Assembly: GCA_964016885.1 (NCBI GenBank) | Contig: OZ024745.1 | Coordinates: 74,772,001 to 74,836,000, forward strand | Reading direction: 5' to 3' | From: Eledone cirrhosa | Taxonomy: Eukaryota | Length of the DNA: 64,000 bases | Translations under genes and position numbers: made by a program | Notes under the pieces: generated by a model | What the model saw: the letters and a program-made list of their open reading frames with translations, nothing else | Database searches by the model: none | What the model was told of the DNA's origin: nothing | Shown: in pieces, positions 26,967 to 40,329 of the stretch | How positions within the stretch are numbered: the first letter of the stretch is position 1 | How the letters are laid out: each line of letters opens with the position of its first letter

Positions 26967-28784
26967 TTTTACAATGACATGTATTTCTGCAGTGTGGCTT
27001 CTTTTGTGTTCTGTTAACTTACTGTTACAGACAAAAGATTTCCCACATATTTTACAATGGTACAACTTTTCCCTTGTGTGTATTTCTTTGTGTGTGATCA
27101 CTTCATGTTGTGAAGAGAATGATTTACTACAAATCCCACAGAGATATTCACTAATCTTTCTTTGTACTGATATTTGTTCTGTAAATGTTTCACTACATAA
27201 AGGTTTCTCATCATTGTATGTCTCTGTAACTGAATCTATGTTGTTAAAAACTGTTTCATTAGAATTGTCAAAGTGATTAGCTTCTTCCATATTAAGTACT
27301 AGAGATTTCTTAAAAGCTGGGAATTGTCTATAAGAATGAATCTATTATGTTTTTTTTTATATCATGGGACTGTTTACATGTGTGGAAATTATCCAATGTG
27401 GATATTATTCCTTCTTACTACAAGGATGTTTGTTGATGAGAGTCCTGTCTATGTAACAGGCGTAATCTTGTTAACAAAAAAGACTTCTATTTTTACTTTA
27501 TGAAATGTTGATATGGTGAGTGGATGCTATGTAAGTTAAACACATATAAAAGTTTCATAAATGACTGGTACCAGACGTTCTGGTACTATCGATGGTCTTC
27601 TACAATAGTTGGTGTTATGGAAGGATCAGTTACCAGAAATGTAATGCAAGAAAAATGTCAGTGATGGTGATGTGTCCATATATGTCTGTGTCTATGTTCA
27701 CCAATAGAACAGTGAACAATATACAGCCTGTGCTTTCTATTTAAAGACCATCTGGAAATTCTCAGGATGATGAGGAACACTAATCCTCTCAGACTTCTAC
27801 ATTTTTTTATGTACACAAATCATACAATTTAAAAAGAGTACACTCCAACACCCATCCTGCACATTGCCCATGGCCATCTTCCTGTTCTTTCCACATCATC
27901 ACATGCTTTATTATTTACCATTACCTTCATCCTTCTGATATTCCCATTCATACTTTTTGCCTTCAGACATTCCTTTCACCTAGTCTTCTTCTCCCTCAGT
28001 CCATTAATATTCTCTAATACCAGATAATCTGCATACAGCAACTCTCATGGTAAAACCTCCCTTAAGCTTTATGCCAGTACCTTCATCACAACTACAAGTA
28101 GTAGTAGGCTTAATACAGACATGAGATCTCATAGATTGTCATCACCATTTTACCCAAACAACAGACATAATCTTGTAGACTAAAATACTTCTCTTTCTAC
28201 ATTATGAAGTTGTGGATCTAGTTAATGGATGCTATAAAGGTTAAGCAGACTTTCCAGTGATATCGAGATTCTTCTATAGCAGAAAGTGTAATGGAAAGCT
28301 CAATTATCAGGTATGTATGTGTGTATATATATATATACATATAATAATAAGTTGACGGACCCAGCATAGGTATCAATTCTATATATATATTTATATATAT
28401 ACATGTGTGTATGCATGTGTATATATATATATATATATATGTATACTCTCATTAAATGTTCTTGTCTGATGACTGATAAACAGGCAAAACTCCAGAGTAA
28501 CAAGACTCACTATTTTGCCTTAATAAAATGAATATATATATATAAATAACATAGCTGTGCAGAGTCCTGATAAATGAGGATTGTTCACTGCAGGTAGGAG
28601 AATACTGCAAAAAGTGTGTTGTAATGTCAATACAATCATCATCATCATCATCATCATTTTATGCCTGTTTTCCTGATAGGAAGGGTATAACATGATATAA
28701 TTATAAACATTAATGTTCAACCAGGTACTGAGGACAACTACAGCAAGTTGATATTCATTGACTCCATACCAATAATTAGAGTCA

Positions 28785-29703
28785 TCATCAATTCATCATC
28801 ATCATCAACGTTTAACGTCCGTGTTCCACGCTTGCATTGGTTTGGATGGGGGTTTTCCCCACTTGAGGCAAGAGTGATTGTCTTGCTCGCATAGGACTGT
28901 CTGGCAGGTTTTCTACAGCTGGATGCCCTTCCTAACACCAACCACATTTACAGTGTGGGTCTGGGAGGTTTTTACCGTGTTGCCTACACGGCCACATTAC
29001 AGCGTGGACTGTGTTTTTTTGTCGTGACACCTACACGATCTCATTTGTTTCGGCCTGGATGGTGTGGCACCAACATAACTTTACATAGAAGGGGGCGGTG
29101 TGGATGGGGTGGGGGTGGTGGGACGGGGGTGTATTTTGTTAGAGATGCCTACTGACTGTAGTAGGTTTTACTATGTATTTAGGTAAGGCGGGTCTTCTCT
29201 ATTACTGAGTACCGCCAAAGGTCTCGGTCCAGTGACATTGTCTTGGAGAGGTGTAAGTGTGTGAGGTCGGAGTTTATGACCTCTGGGTCAGCCTATTCCG
29301 TGGCTACCGTCTATCTTTATTGCCCTGCACTTTGTTATACAGCTATCGTCTTTCATGCGCATCACGTGTCCATACCAACGTAGCCTGCTCTCGAGTAAAC
29401 AACATCTGATCCCTCTTATTTCTAATTTTTTCCTTAGTTCGTTTATACTTTGCCGTTCACGTATATTACTATTACACATCCAGCGGAGCATGCAAGCTTC
29501 GTTCCTCTCTAGTCTGCGTATATCCTCTGCACACAATGCCCAGGTCTCACTGCCATGCAACATTGCTGTTCGTATGCAGGCATCATACAACCTGCCTTTC
29601 ATTTTTAGGGAGAACCCTTTAGCAGCTAATAGTGGTATAAGCTCTCTGAACTTTTTCCATCCAGTTCTGACTCTAGCTACTGTACTTTCAGAGCACCCTC
29701 CCT
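28785..29703 (-). mobile_element. 5'-truncated young RTE LINE with 3' UTR and (GAT)n tail
   Basis: ORF 29288..29602 (KGRLYDACIRTAMLHGSETW...RLRWYGHV) is nearly identical to 38067..38624. Confidence 0.88.
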
Positions 29704-29817
29704 AGAGTAAGTTTTGTTATTGTTAATGCATGGTAGTATGTTTTGGATTGTAATTTTTATGGACTGGGTAAGTTTTTTGGACCATATATTTTGTGTGTAT
29801 ATATATATATATATATA

Positions 29818-30174
29818 TCATCATCATCATCATCATCATTTTACATCCACTTTTCCATGCTTGCAAGGGTGGGACGGGAACTGATTCTGGCTTGATTTCT
29901 ACAGCTGGATACCCTTCCTAACACCAACCTCATTTACAGTGAGTGCTGGGTGCTTTTTTTCCGTGGCGCCTACACGTCCACTTTACAGTGTGGGCTGGGT
30001 GCTTTTTTGCCGTGGCACCTTAACGACCATTTTGGAATTTCTACAGCTAAGTAAACTGGAGCAATGTGAAATAAAGTGTCTTGCTCAAGGAAACAACACA
30101 GCACCCGGTCTGAGATTTGAACTCACAACCTTTCGATTGCAAGGCCAATGCTCTAACCACTAAGCCATGTGCCT

Positions 30175-30177
<3 letters not shown>
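29818..30177 (-). mobile_element. tRNA-derived CORE-type SINE with LINE-like tail
   Basis: Reverse complement of the SINE at 39103, with A/B boxes, core and (GAT)n tail. Confidence 0.85.
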
Positions 30178-30225
<48 letters not shown>

Positions 30226-30228
<3 letters not shown>

Positions 30229-30826
30229 CGAGAGAAGGCTACGTTGGTATGGACACGTGATGCGCATGAAAGTCGATAGCTGTATAACAAAGTGCAGGGC
30301 AATAAAGATAGACGGTAGCCACGGAATAGGCAGACCTAGAAAAACCTGGGACGAGCTGATAAACTCCGACCTCACACACTTACACCTCTCCAAGACAATG
30401 TCACTGGACCGAGACCTTTGGCGGTACTCAGTAACAGAGAAGACCCGCCTTGCCAGTAGGCATCTCTAACAAAATACACCCCGTCCCACCACCACCACCC
30501 CCACCCCATCCACACCACCCCGTCCTATGTAAAGTTATGTTGGTGCCGCGCCATCCGGGCCGAAACAAATGAGATCGTGTAGGTGTCACGACAAAAAAAC
30601 ACACAGTCCACGCTGTAATGTGGCCGTGTAGGCAACACGGTAAAAACCTCCCAGACCCACACTGTAAATGTGGTTGGTGTTAGGAAGGGCATCCAACTGT
30701 AGAAAACCTGCCAGACAGTCCTATGCGAGCAAGACAATCACTCTTGCCTCAAGTGGGACTACCCCCGTCCAAACCCATGCAAGCGTGGAACACGGACGTT
30801 AAACGTTGATGATGATGATGATGATG
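30226..30826 (+). mobile_element. 5'-truncated RTE LINE 3' end
   Basis: ERRLRWYGHV...GRPRKTW and the same 3' UTR; starts directly after (TA)n and ends in (GAT)n. Confidence 0.88.
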
Positions 30827-30838
30827 TATGTATGTATG

Positions 30839-30869
<31 letters not shown>

Positions 30870-31049
30870 TAAACAACATAAGATAATTATTTTATAAAAC
30901 CAGTGGTTTCTTGAAAGCAAACAAATTTGCTTTCAGTCATCAGAATGAAAAAATCCTGGTATTTTTATTGAATGTGGATTTGAAAAACAAAAATATAATA
31001 AATATGAAAGTGAGGCTGGAGGAAGAAGAAGAAAAGGAGAAAAAGAATA

Positions 31050-34000
31050 ATAAATATGTATATTTCTTTATTTACCATAAAGGCATAAAAAGAAGGGACA
31101 AATACAAAGGGGGAGTTTACATAAAACCGAGTAAAAAGGGTATAAAATGAAAATAATCAAAAACAACCTCAAAAGGGAGGGGACGTGATGGGGGTTGCAC
31201 ACACCCCCGAAAAAGTGTGCAATCCTTTGCCCGGGGAGCACATGGAGGAGGTGCTCCCCTCTCCTTCACTTCTTTACCTACAGGATGGTATACAGAGAAG
31301 GCCCATTTACACGAGCCATTCTCGCCACTATCACCCACCTTTCATAAAACTGCCTGTGGCCAAGCACCTCTCTCTCCATTCTTATCCTTCTTCCGAAGTG
31401 ATATCGGAAGAAGTAGACCAGACTATGGCCAGAGAGGAAGTTGCCTGACCTCAGACCTTTCAATCGTGTCCACCAAACCTCTTTCAACATGGCTATTATG
31501 CACAGAAAAACCGCCTTTGCTTCCTTTGTGAAGAGGGGAGGCGGCTTGATTGTCATCACGGACTCGGCGGTCAATCGAATCGGCGCCACCTGCGACAGCA
31601 GTTGTTCGGCGTAGCCCCACAGATCAGCCACGCCCGGACATTGCACCAATGCGTGCGCAACGGTTTCTTCGTGATGCACGCATCTAGGGCAAATCTTTTT
31701 CGAGGGATCCCTGCCCGGGCGCCCGTGTCTGTAGAGCTTTTCTCGAACGGGTAGAGCCCCCCGGTAGCACTGCCAGGCCAGTGACTTCTGGAAGTTGTCC
31801 ATTGGTCCCGGGCCGAAAGTCCTACCGAACAGGCTGGCCAGTTCGTCCTCTTCCATGTCCAGCGACTCTCCAAGGGTGTCATCGCCCCTGCTAGCAACCA
31901 GCCCTCTATAGAATGACGAGGTGGATTTTCCACCGATGGCCGGGTCCACTTGCCAGAGCCCTGAGCGCCTGGGCACACTCAGTGTGCCAGTTGCCCAGTT
32001 TTCCGGATCTTTGCTTGACCCAGGCCTGCAGCTCGGTGAGCGAGACGAGTCTCAGAAAGGCTCGTCTCACAAACGGAGCCCACACCGGTTGACCAGTGAG
32101 GAATACCTGTAGGTGCCGTAGCCTTAATGCGTGCCTACGCATCATCAACCACGGCATCCCCAGCCCAGCCCTCCTTTCGAAGGTTGTTGGCAACAGATGG
32201 ATCTTCTCACCATAGGAGGACGCTTTTTCCAAAGAAATTGAAAGAGCATGCGTTCCATGGTGGTGAGGGTTTCCTTAGGGCAAGGCACAACAGTCAGGCG
32301 GTAGTAGGTGACGGACGCTATGTAAATGTTCGCCACCTCCGCCCGACCTTTCAGAGACAGCTTACACTTGGCCCATTTCTGGGTCAGTGCAAACGCCTTG
32401 CTCGTAACCTCGCCCCAGTTCTTTTCCACCTGGAGGTCCGGTCCAAACCAGACCCCAAGCAACTTCACCGGGCCCTCCGTCCAGTGTCCGACGACACCGT
32501 CGGGAGGCATCGGTCTGCCTCTCCACGTTCCGAGTTGCAGCCCGATGGATTTTTCCCGGTTCAGTTTCGCTCCTGACAACCTTTCGTATTCCTCCAGTAA
32601 GGTGCCGATCGCCTCGATCTCTGAGTCGGTCGATACCATTACTGTTACGTCATCGGCGTAGGCCGACACTGCTTTGCTCAATCCTGGTTCCAGGGGGATA
32701 CCCTGCAACAACTCCAACTTCCTCAGTAAAGGCTCGAGAGTCAATACGTACAGAAGGGAGGAGAGAGGGCACCCCTGTCGAATGGATCGTGTGATTTCAA
32801 ACGGCTTCGAAAGGTAGCCGTTTACCTTGATCCTAGAACAGATGTGGTTGCTATGTAAGGCAGTGATCCAGCCTCTGAAAACAGGGCCGAACCCAGCCGC
32901 CGCTAGCACCGCATCCAGGTAACCATGGTCGACCCTATCGAACGCCTTAGACTGATCCAAGTTGATCAGGGCCCCACCGAAGCCGGGTTTGTTGCCAACC
33001 CTCTCTATGATGTATCGCATGAGGTGGAGGTTGTCGTGAATGGACCTGGATGGGATAGCACATGTCTGCGCATCTCCCACCAGGCTACCCACGACAAGCG
33101 CCAACCTCTTTGCTAACACCTTGGCCAAAATCTTTAACTCTGTGTTTAGCAGGGTTATGGTCCGAAAATTATTTATACTATCCCCCTTGTTCTCGTCCTT
33201 CCTCACCAGCGAGACTACGCCCTTGGCTACAGAACAAGGAATTCTCCAGTTCTGCTGCCAATTGCAGTAGACTGCTTCGAGGAGTTCGGAGAAGAAGACC
33301 GGCATTGCCAAATAAAGTTCGTAAGGTATACCATCGAGACCTGGAGATTTGCGTTTGCTGCATTGGCTCAGCGCATCCCCGATCTCATCAGACGAGATTG
33401 GTCCCTCGCAGGATTCTGCCTCTTCGCTCGAGAGACACGGCAGGCCGTCGAGGTATGGACCGAAATCCACGTCCCCGCCCGGACCCCCGCCTCCCCCGAA
33501 CAATCGGACAAAGTGCCTTTGAAAGGCCTCGCACATCTGCTTAGGCTCCCGGATCACCCGTCCATCCTCGTCTTGCAAAGACCGGATGGTGAATCGATTT
33601 CCACTCTTAGCTTCTGTCACGCGGGCCCAGCCAACGGCTTTGGCCCCCTCATTACCTAGAGCACGTATTTTACTTCGAATGACGCAGCCTTCGTACTTTG
33701 CATCGAAAAACTGGCTCAAGGCCGTCCTCGATGCCAGCACTCTGGCCACATCTTCTTATTTACCTGTTAATTCTTTCTCGTTCCTATTCCTATCGGCAGC
33801 TAACATCTTGCTATAACTTATTGATTCTGTTCTAATCTCTCTTTTGAGAGATGCCCACCATCGGTTGTTGACGATTGCACCCGTCAACCTCTCCTTAACT
33901 AATCTGCTAATTCGGTCTCTGTAAGCCTCTTTTGCCTGTAAAGACAAATTAAGTTTCCAGTAACCGGGACCCTGTCTATGTGTTCTCTCAAGGTTGACTA

Positions 34001-36850
34001 CGCAGGTCACTAATTTGTGATCTGTATAGCCAACCGTGAGCATTTCTGGACAGCTTAATATGTCCCTATCCTTACTTCTAACTAAGAATCTATCTAAGTA
34101 CGATCTAAATTGACCACTGTGGTTCGTCCAAGTCCAGGTTGGCACAGTTGGAAAATCTAGTCGATATCTATCGACCAAGTTAAAACGGTCGAGTAACCCC
34201 CTGAGGCTGTTACACCCCCCTCTATTAGGACATGCTCCTGCATAGTCCCAACGTGCATCTAGGATGTCATTCCAGTCCCCCGCTAGAAGCAGGGAACGCG
34301 ACGTTCCCAGAAAAGTCTCCAGACGCTGGAAGAAGTCGGGTCATTCAGCTCCGAAAGGGGAGTAGACGGCGACCAGTCTCAAGGCCGCACCTCCACTACT
34401 GCCAACGTCTAGCACCAACAAACGACCTTCCCGGTCCGAGTGAACAACCTGTACGGCGAGACCCAGGTGTTTTTCCAGCAGTACGACAACCCCACCCCCA
34501 CCTCCAGGTTGACAGAGAGGTGCGTGCACCTCAAAGTCATCGAAGGTAGGGGCCAGCTGCCGCACGACGCTGATCCGAGTCTCACAGATAACCATTACAT
34601 TTATACCACGTGACCTGAGGTCATTTAGAAGCTTTGCTTGCTTCCAAGTTGAGCCCAGGCCACGTGCATTCAAACATCCTACTCTTAACACATCCATGTG
34701 GGCGGCAAAGCCAAAGGAGAGTGTAGAGACTTACCTTTCTGCTTCCCGGGGTTCGGGTCGCACGACTTCCATGGGGTCGGGGGTGTTGGGTGAAGGGGTG
34801 TCTTGTGGTGGTGTGGGGTCGTCAGTGTGTGGTGGGGTTGGGATGTTTGGAGTTGTGTTGGGGAGGCGAAGGGGAGGGGGAAAGCTTTTTAGGAGGACGC
34901 GGTTTATGGGTTTGACAGAGGGTGGTCCTACGTCCTCCTTAAAATCCTTTTTTTAGTTTTTGGTAGAGGTTGATTGGGATCTTTATTAATTTTAAATGTG
35001 GGTAGTTTTCTGAAGAAACAAAGTTTACCCCTTCGGTTTGTACCGAAGGGTTATTGTTTACGAGTTCATTTAATTTATTATTGTTTCTGTTGATGTAAGT
35101 ATAGTGTAATGTCTTTTTTTCGGATGGTGTGAGTGTTTCGAAGTGGGGAGGGGCAGGTTTGGTTTTGTTTGTTGCTGGGGGGGTGTTTTGTGTTTTGTTG
35201 GATTGTGTTGACATTTGGGTAGGGGCTGTTTGGCCTTGTGTGTTTTGCACATGTTTTCTTTATTTCCTTTTAATCTGTCTGAAGGACTCCGTTTCTTCCT
35301 CCGAATTTGTTGGGTTATCTTCAGTGTTGGAGGGTAATGTTTGCTGGTAATGTTTCCGTGTTGGTTTTCTTTGTGGGGGAGATGGATGTCACTATGTTAG
35401 ACTGTGTTGTGTGTTGTGGCTGCGGTGGTTGTGTTGTTTTATTGAGTGAGGGATTGGGTGGGACTGTGTTTTGTTTTTGGGTAATGTGTCGTGTCTGTTT
35501 GTGCTATGGTGGTGGTGTAGTTTTACTGAGGGACGGGTTGGGTGGGACAGAGTTTTGTTGTTTGTTTATCTGTTGTGGTGGTGGTGGAGCTGGTGTTGGT
35601 AGCAGGGTTTTCTTCTTGTTGAGTTGTGGACAAGCCACCTTCAGGTGCCCTCTGCCTGCACAGATATGACAGGACGGCCTTCTCCCCTCCACGCTAATGT
35701 TTATATACCCGTGGCCCTCTAATAGGATTCTGTCGGGTATTTGGGCAATGCGTTCAGGCTTCATTTGCACTACAAGTTCTATACCTGTTCGACTGAACGC
35801 ATTGCCTGTGGTTTTCCCAATGGAAATCACGTTGTCATTCGCTGGATCAATGAAGCCAGCTATGAGCCAGCAGTAGTCCACATCTGGCATCATCGCATCC
35901 AGCCATATGCGCTGAGTTCTTTTACCCATATAAGATGGATAAAAGGTAAAATTTGTCGAACGAATCGGCGACAAAGCATATTTTTTTGCCGCTGATTCGT
36001 TCTTAATAATAATGGCTAGGCTTCCATACAGCCTGTCTCTTCTTATGAAAGTGGCTTCATTAAGTACTGCTTTAATTTCTGCTTGTGTTGGTTGTTGAGG
36101 TTTTTTTGAGATGTTGATGGTGCGGAAAACGACCGTCCGACTTTCAATATCTTTGGTGAGTTCTTGGGGCATTTTTACCGATAAGGTTCCATTTTCCCCT
36201 TGAGTTATGTATTGTTTGGCGTTTTTCATTCTTTGTGCCACATCTGAAATATTTTCAGGTATATATGTTAAAGATTTCTTTGTTGTTTGTGCAAATGAGA
36301 TATTATTGGTGTTGACTTTGTTGTCTGTTTTGCTTTCTGTTATGATGTTGTTTTCAAATGTTATTTTTGTGTTTGTTGTTTCTTTGTTTGTGGTATTAAT
36401 ATTGTCATGCAATTCTTTCAAATGTTTTTTTGTTGTTGGAATCAATCTCCAGATTTGTGTTTTCGTCATTTTTCTCCACACATTCGTCTGTTTTTATTTT
36501 ATTTTTTCTTTCCTTCTCTATGACGTTAGTTGGGAAGGAAGGGGGGGGGGGACTAAAGCGTGCGAGCTTACAACTCTTACCGCTGTAACCCCACCACTAT
36601 TTTCGTTAGCTTCGTTTAACATTTCTGCCAGACGATTGAAATTTTATGCCACAAAATTTTTAAAAACAGGTTTTTCACCCCTGGGAGGGGCGAAGATGAG
36701 CTGACCCACCGCCTGACAATTCAGACGGGGGGTCAAGCTACACAATAGTATCAAAATTAAAATTAAACTTACAAAATTTCCGCAATAAATTATAACAAAA
36801 CTTCTGCGCGAAGTGAATTACGTCTACGCTGTCGAACAGACGACAGCTAG
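31050..36850 (-). mobile_element. Near full-length Tx1/L1-clade LINE with disabled ORFs (ends approximate)
   Basis: ORF1 35504..36481 has a CCHC knuckle (CHICAGRGHLKVAC). ORF2 starts at 34697 with APE endonuclease (CLNARGL, SYLDRFL, TDH), then RT (SPGLDG, DQSKAFD, RQGCPLS, YADD) and C-terminal CPRC..HALVQC. A few stops and frameshifts break it. Confidence 0.92.
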
Positions 36851-36879
36851 ATTATAAAAAGAATAATAAATATATAAGT

Positions 36880-37612
36880 ATATAAACACACACGCAGACA
36901 CACACTCACACACATATACATATATATATATATATACATACACATACACATGAATACACAAACACATATATATATATATATATATACACACACATACATA
37001 CGCACACACACACATAATTATAAGAATAAATAAAAATCAATAAACAAATATATACATATACTGAAAAAAGCAGTCACATACAATGCTAAGACAAAATACA
37101 TATACATGAAATCAAAATGAAGTCAAATATAAAAATTATTAAGTTGACAGCGATACGGAAGAGGAGAAAGACACACAAAAAAAAAATAAATAAACACACA
37201 TGGTAAGCAAATGCACAAAATAAAATAAAAATATATATATACATGCATACACATACATATATACACACATACATATATACATACACATACACATACATAT
37301 AATACACACACACAATTATATACAGTACAAACATATACACAGATAAGTGTATACATACAAATACATATACACACACACACATAATTACATACATGTATGC
37401 ATACATATATATACATATATATATATATACATATATATATATACATATATATATATACATATATATATACATATATACATATATATATACATATATATAT
37501 ATATACATATATATATAAATATACATATATATATATATATATGCATATATATATACATATATATATATATACATATATATATACATATATATATATATAT
37601 ACATATATATAC

Positions 37613-37667
<55 letters not shown>

Positions 37668-38060
37668 TATATATATATACACATATATATATATATATAT
37701 ACACATATATATATATATATATACACACACATATATATACACATATATATAAAACATACACACACATATACATACTCATGCATGCATACACATTGATACA
37801 CACGCATATACTCACAATCACACGTATAGGTACATATATATAAATGTAGGTGAATATAAATGTAGGTGAATATACATATATCGAAAAACATATAAATACA
37901 TTCACATACACACATACATGAGAAAAAATACACACAACACATATATTTAAAAATAATTACTTATATAAAAACATATATATAAAAAGATATACATACATAC
38001 ACACAAGTACGTACACATATATATACGCATGCACATAACATATATATATATATATATATA
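36880..38060. repeat. Long compound (TA)n/(CA)n/(TACA)n microsatellite
   Basis: Read directly; it generates the spurious YIYI ORFs. Confidence 0.95.
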
Positions 38061-39050
38061 GAAATAGTGGACAGCTTCCGTTACCTGGGCGATAAAATCA
38101 GCAGTGGGGGAGGGTGCTCTGAAAGTACTGTAGCTAGAGTCAGAACTGGTTGGAAAAAGTTCAGAGAGCTTATACCACTATTAGCTGCTAAAGGGTTCTC
38201 CCTAAAAATGAAAGGCAGGTTGTACGATGCCTGCATACGAACAGCAATGCTGCATGGCAGTGAGACCTGGGCATTGTGTGCAGAGGATATACGCAGACTA
38301 GAGAGGAACGAAGCTTGCATGCTCCGCTGGATGTGTAACAGTAATATACGTGAACGGCAAAGCATAAACGAACTAAGGAAAAAATTAGAGATAAGAGGGA
38401 TCAGATGTTGTTTACTCGAGAGAAGGCTACGTTGGTATGGACACGTGATGCGCATGAAAGTCGATGGCTGTATAACAAAGTGCAGGGCAATAAAGATAGA
38501 CGGTAGTCACGGAATAGGCAGACCTAGAAAAACCTGGGACGAGCTGATAAACTCCGACCTCACACACACTTACACCTCTCCAAGACAATGTCACTGGACC
38601 GAGACCTTTGGCGGTACTCAGTAACAGAGAAGACCCGCCTTACCTAAATATATAGTAAAACCTACTCCAGCCAGTAGGCATCTCTAACAAAATACACCCC
38701 GTCCCACCACCACCACCCCCACCCCATCCACACCACCCCGTTCTATGTAAAGTTATGTTGGTGCCGCGCCATCCAGGCCGAAACAAATGAGATCGTGTAG
38801 GTGTCACGACAAAAAAAACACACAGTCCACGCTGTAATGTGGCCGTGTAGGCAACACGGTAAAAACCTCCCAGACCCACACTGTAAATGTGGTTGGTGTT
38901 AGGAAGGGCATCCAACTGTAGAAAACCTGCCAGACAGTCCTATGCGAGCAAGACAATCACTCTTGCCTCAAGTGGGACTACCCCCGTCCAAACCCATGCA
39001 AGCGTGGAACACGGACGTTAAACGTTGATGATGATGATGATGATGATGAT
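38061..39050 (+). mobile_element. 5'-truncated young RTE LINE with 3' UTR and (GAT)n tail
   Basis: ORF 38067..38624 (DSFRYLGD..GGGC...GRPRKTW); begins immediately after (TA)n. Confidence 0.9.
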
Positions 39051-39071
39051 ATATATACGTACATACATACG

Positions 39072-39102
<31 letters not shown>

Positions 39103-39103
<1 letters not shown>

Positions 39104-39496
39104 GAGGCACATGGCTTAGTGGTTAGAGCATTGACCTTGCAATCAAAAGGTTGTGAGTTCAATTCTCAGACCGGGTGATGTGTTGTTTCCTTCAGCAAGA
39201 CACTTTATTTCACATTGCTCCAGTTTACTCAGCTGTAGAAATGAGATGATAGGGACTGGGGTCCCTATCATTCCACTGTAAAGTGGACGTGTAGGTGCCA
39301 CGGCAAAAAAGCACCCAGCCCACACTGTAAAGTAGACGTGTAGGTGCCACGGAAAAAAAGCACCCAGCACTCACTGTAAATGAGGTTGGTGTTAGGAAGG
39401 GCATCCAGCTGTAGAAATCAAGCCAGAATCAGTTCCCGTCCCACCCTTGCAAGCAGGGAAAAGCGGATGTAAAATGATGATGATGATGATGATGAT
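39103..39496 (+). mobile_element. tRNA-derived CORE-type SINE (OR2-like by recollection)
   Basis: A box tggcttagtgg, B box gagttcaattc, CORE-like ccttcagcaagacactt...ccagtttactcagctgtagaaatg, and a 3' tail shared with the RTE. Confidence 0.85.
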
Positions 39497-39684
39497 ATAT
39501 ATATACATAAATACACAAATATATATATATAAAAATAAAAAAGTGTAAGCCGTATTCAAATAGTTGGAAATACGACAAATAATAAATAAAGATATAAATG
39601 TTTATAGCTGATTTAGAGAACTCAACAGTTTTCTGGAGTAAATATTCAATGATAATAAACATTTAATAACTTTGTATATAATTA

Positions 39685-39890
39685 TGTACATATATATATA
39701 TATACACACACATACATATACATATATATATACACACGCATATACACACACACACACACACATAAAGTTACATCACCACGTAAATAAAAATACACACACA
39801 CATATATATATATATATATACACATAAACAAATATACATACATATACAAACACACACACATATATATATATACATATATATAAAATTATA

Positions 39891-39930
<40 letters not shown>

Positions 39931-40105
39931 AAAATATATATATAAACAAATATACATACATGCACAAACACATATACAAACGTGCATATTCACGCACAAA
40001 AATTACATACTCACAAAAGCATATATATATATATATATACATACACACACACATATATATATATATACACACACATACATACATACAAATACATACATAC
40101 ACACA
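39685..40105. repeat. Compound (TA)/(CA) microsatellite
   Basis: Read directly. Confidence 0.9.
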
Positions 40106-40329
40106 GAAATAAATATCTATAAATAAAAAAGAGGTGGGTGTGTAAAGGGTAAGGTAGAAAGTAGGGGGGAATAAGAAAAATAAATAACATAGGAAAAAAG
40201 GTTAAATATAAGAGGAGATAAGGGAGAAAAAGAATATAAGGGTACAGAAAGTGAGTTCAGAGAGTAATAAAAATCATAGTGGATGTAAGGCGTAAAGAGC
40301 AAAGAAGAAGTTCAAGGTGGTTGAGTCAT

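Larger units (their letters stand above)
21160..27290 (-). pseudogene. ZNF-3 pseudogene: 5' part 26967..27290 and 3' part ~21160..22080, split by nested LTR insertions
   Basis: Same MEEANHFD leader as the paralogs. Removing the insert rejoins cat-tgt-aaa-ata-tgt-gga (HCKICG). The 3' part has frameshifts and resembles ZNF-4 fingers. The upstream acceptor homolog reads CAT instead of CAG (27639-27641). Confidence 0.88.

Noticed and set aside
36824-37942. Long YIYI/HIYI ORFs (also at 39.7-40.1 kb and 54.4-56 kb)
   Set aside because: Stop-free translations of (TA)/(CA) microsatellites in several frames; not genes.
39103-39175. tRNA-like sequences (also ~15260, ~20155, ~30110, ~61960)
   Set aside because: SINE heads continuous with core and tail; no convincing full cloverleaf.
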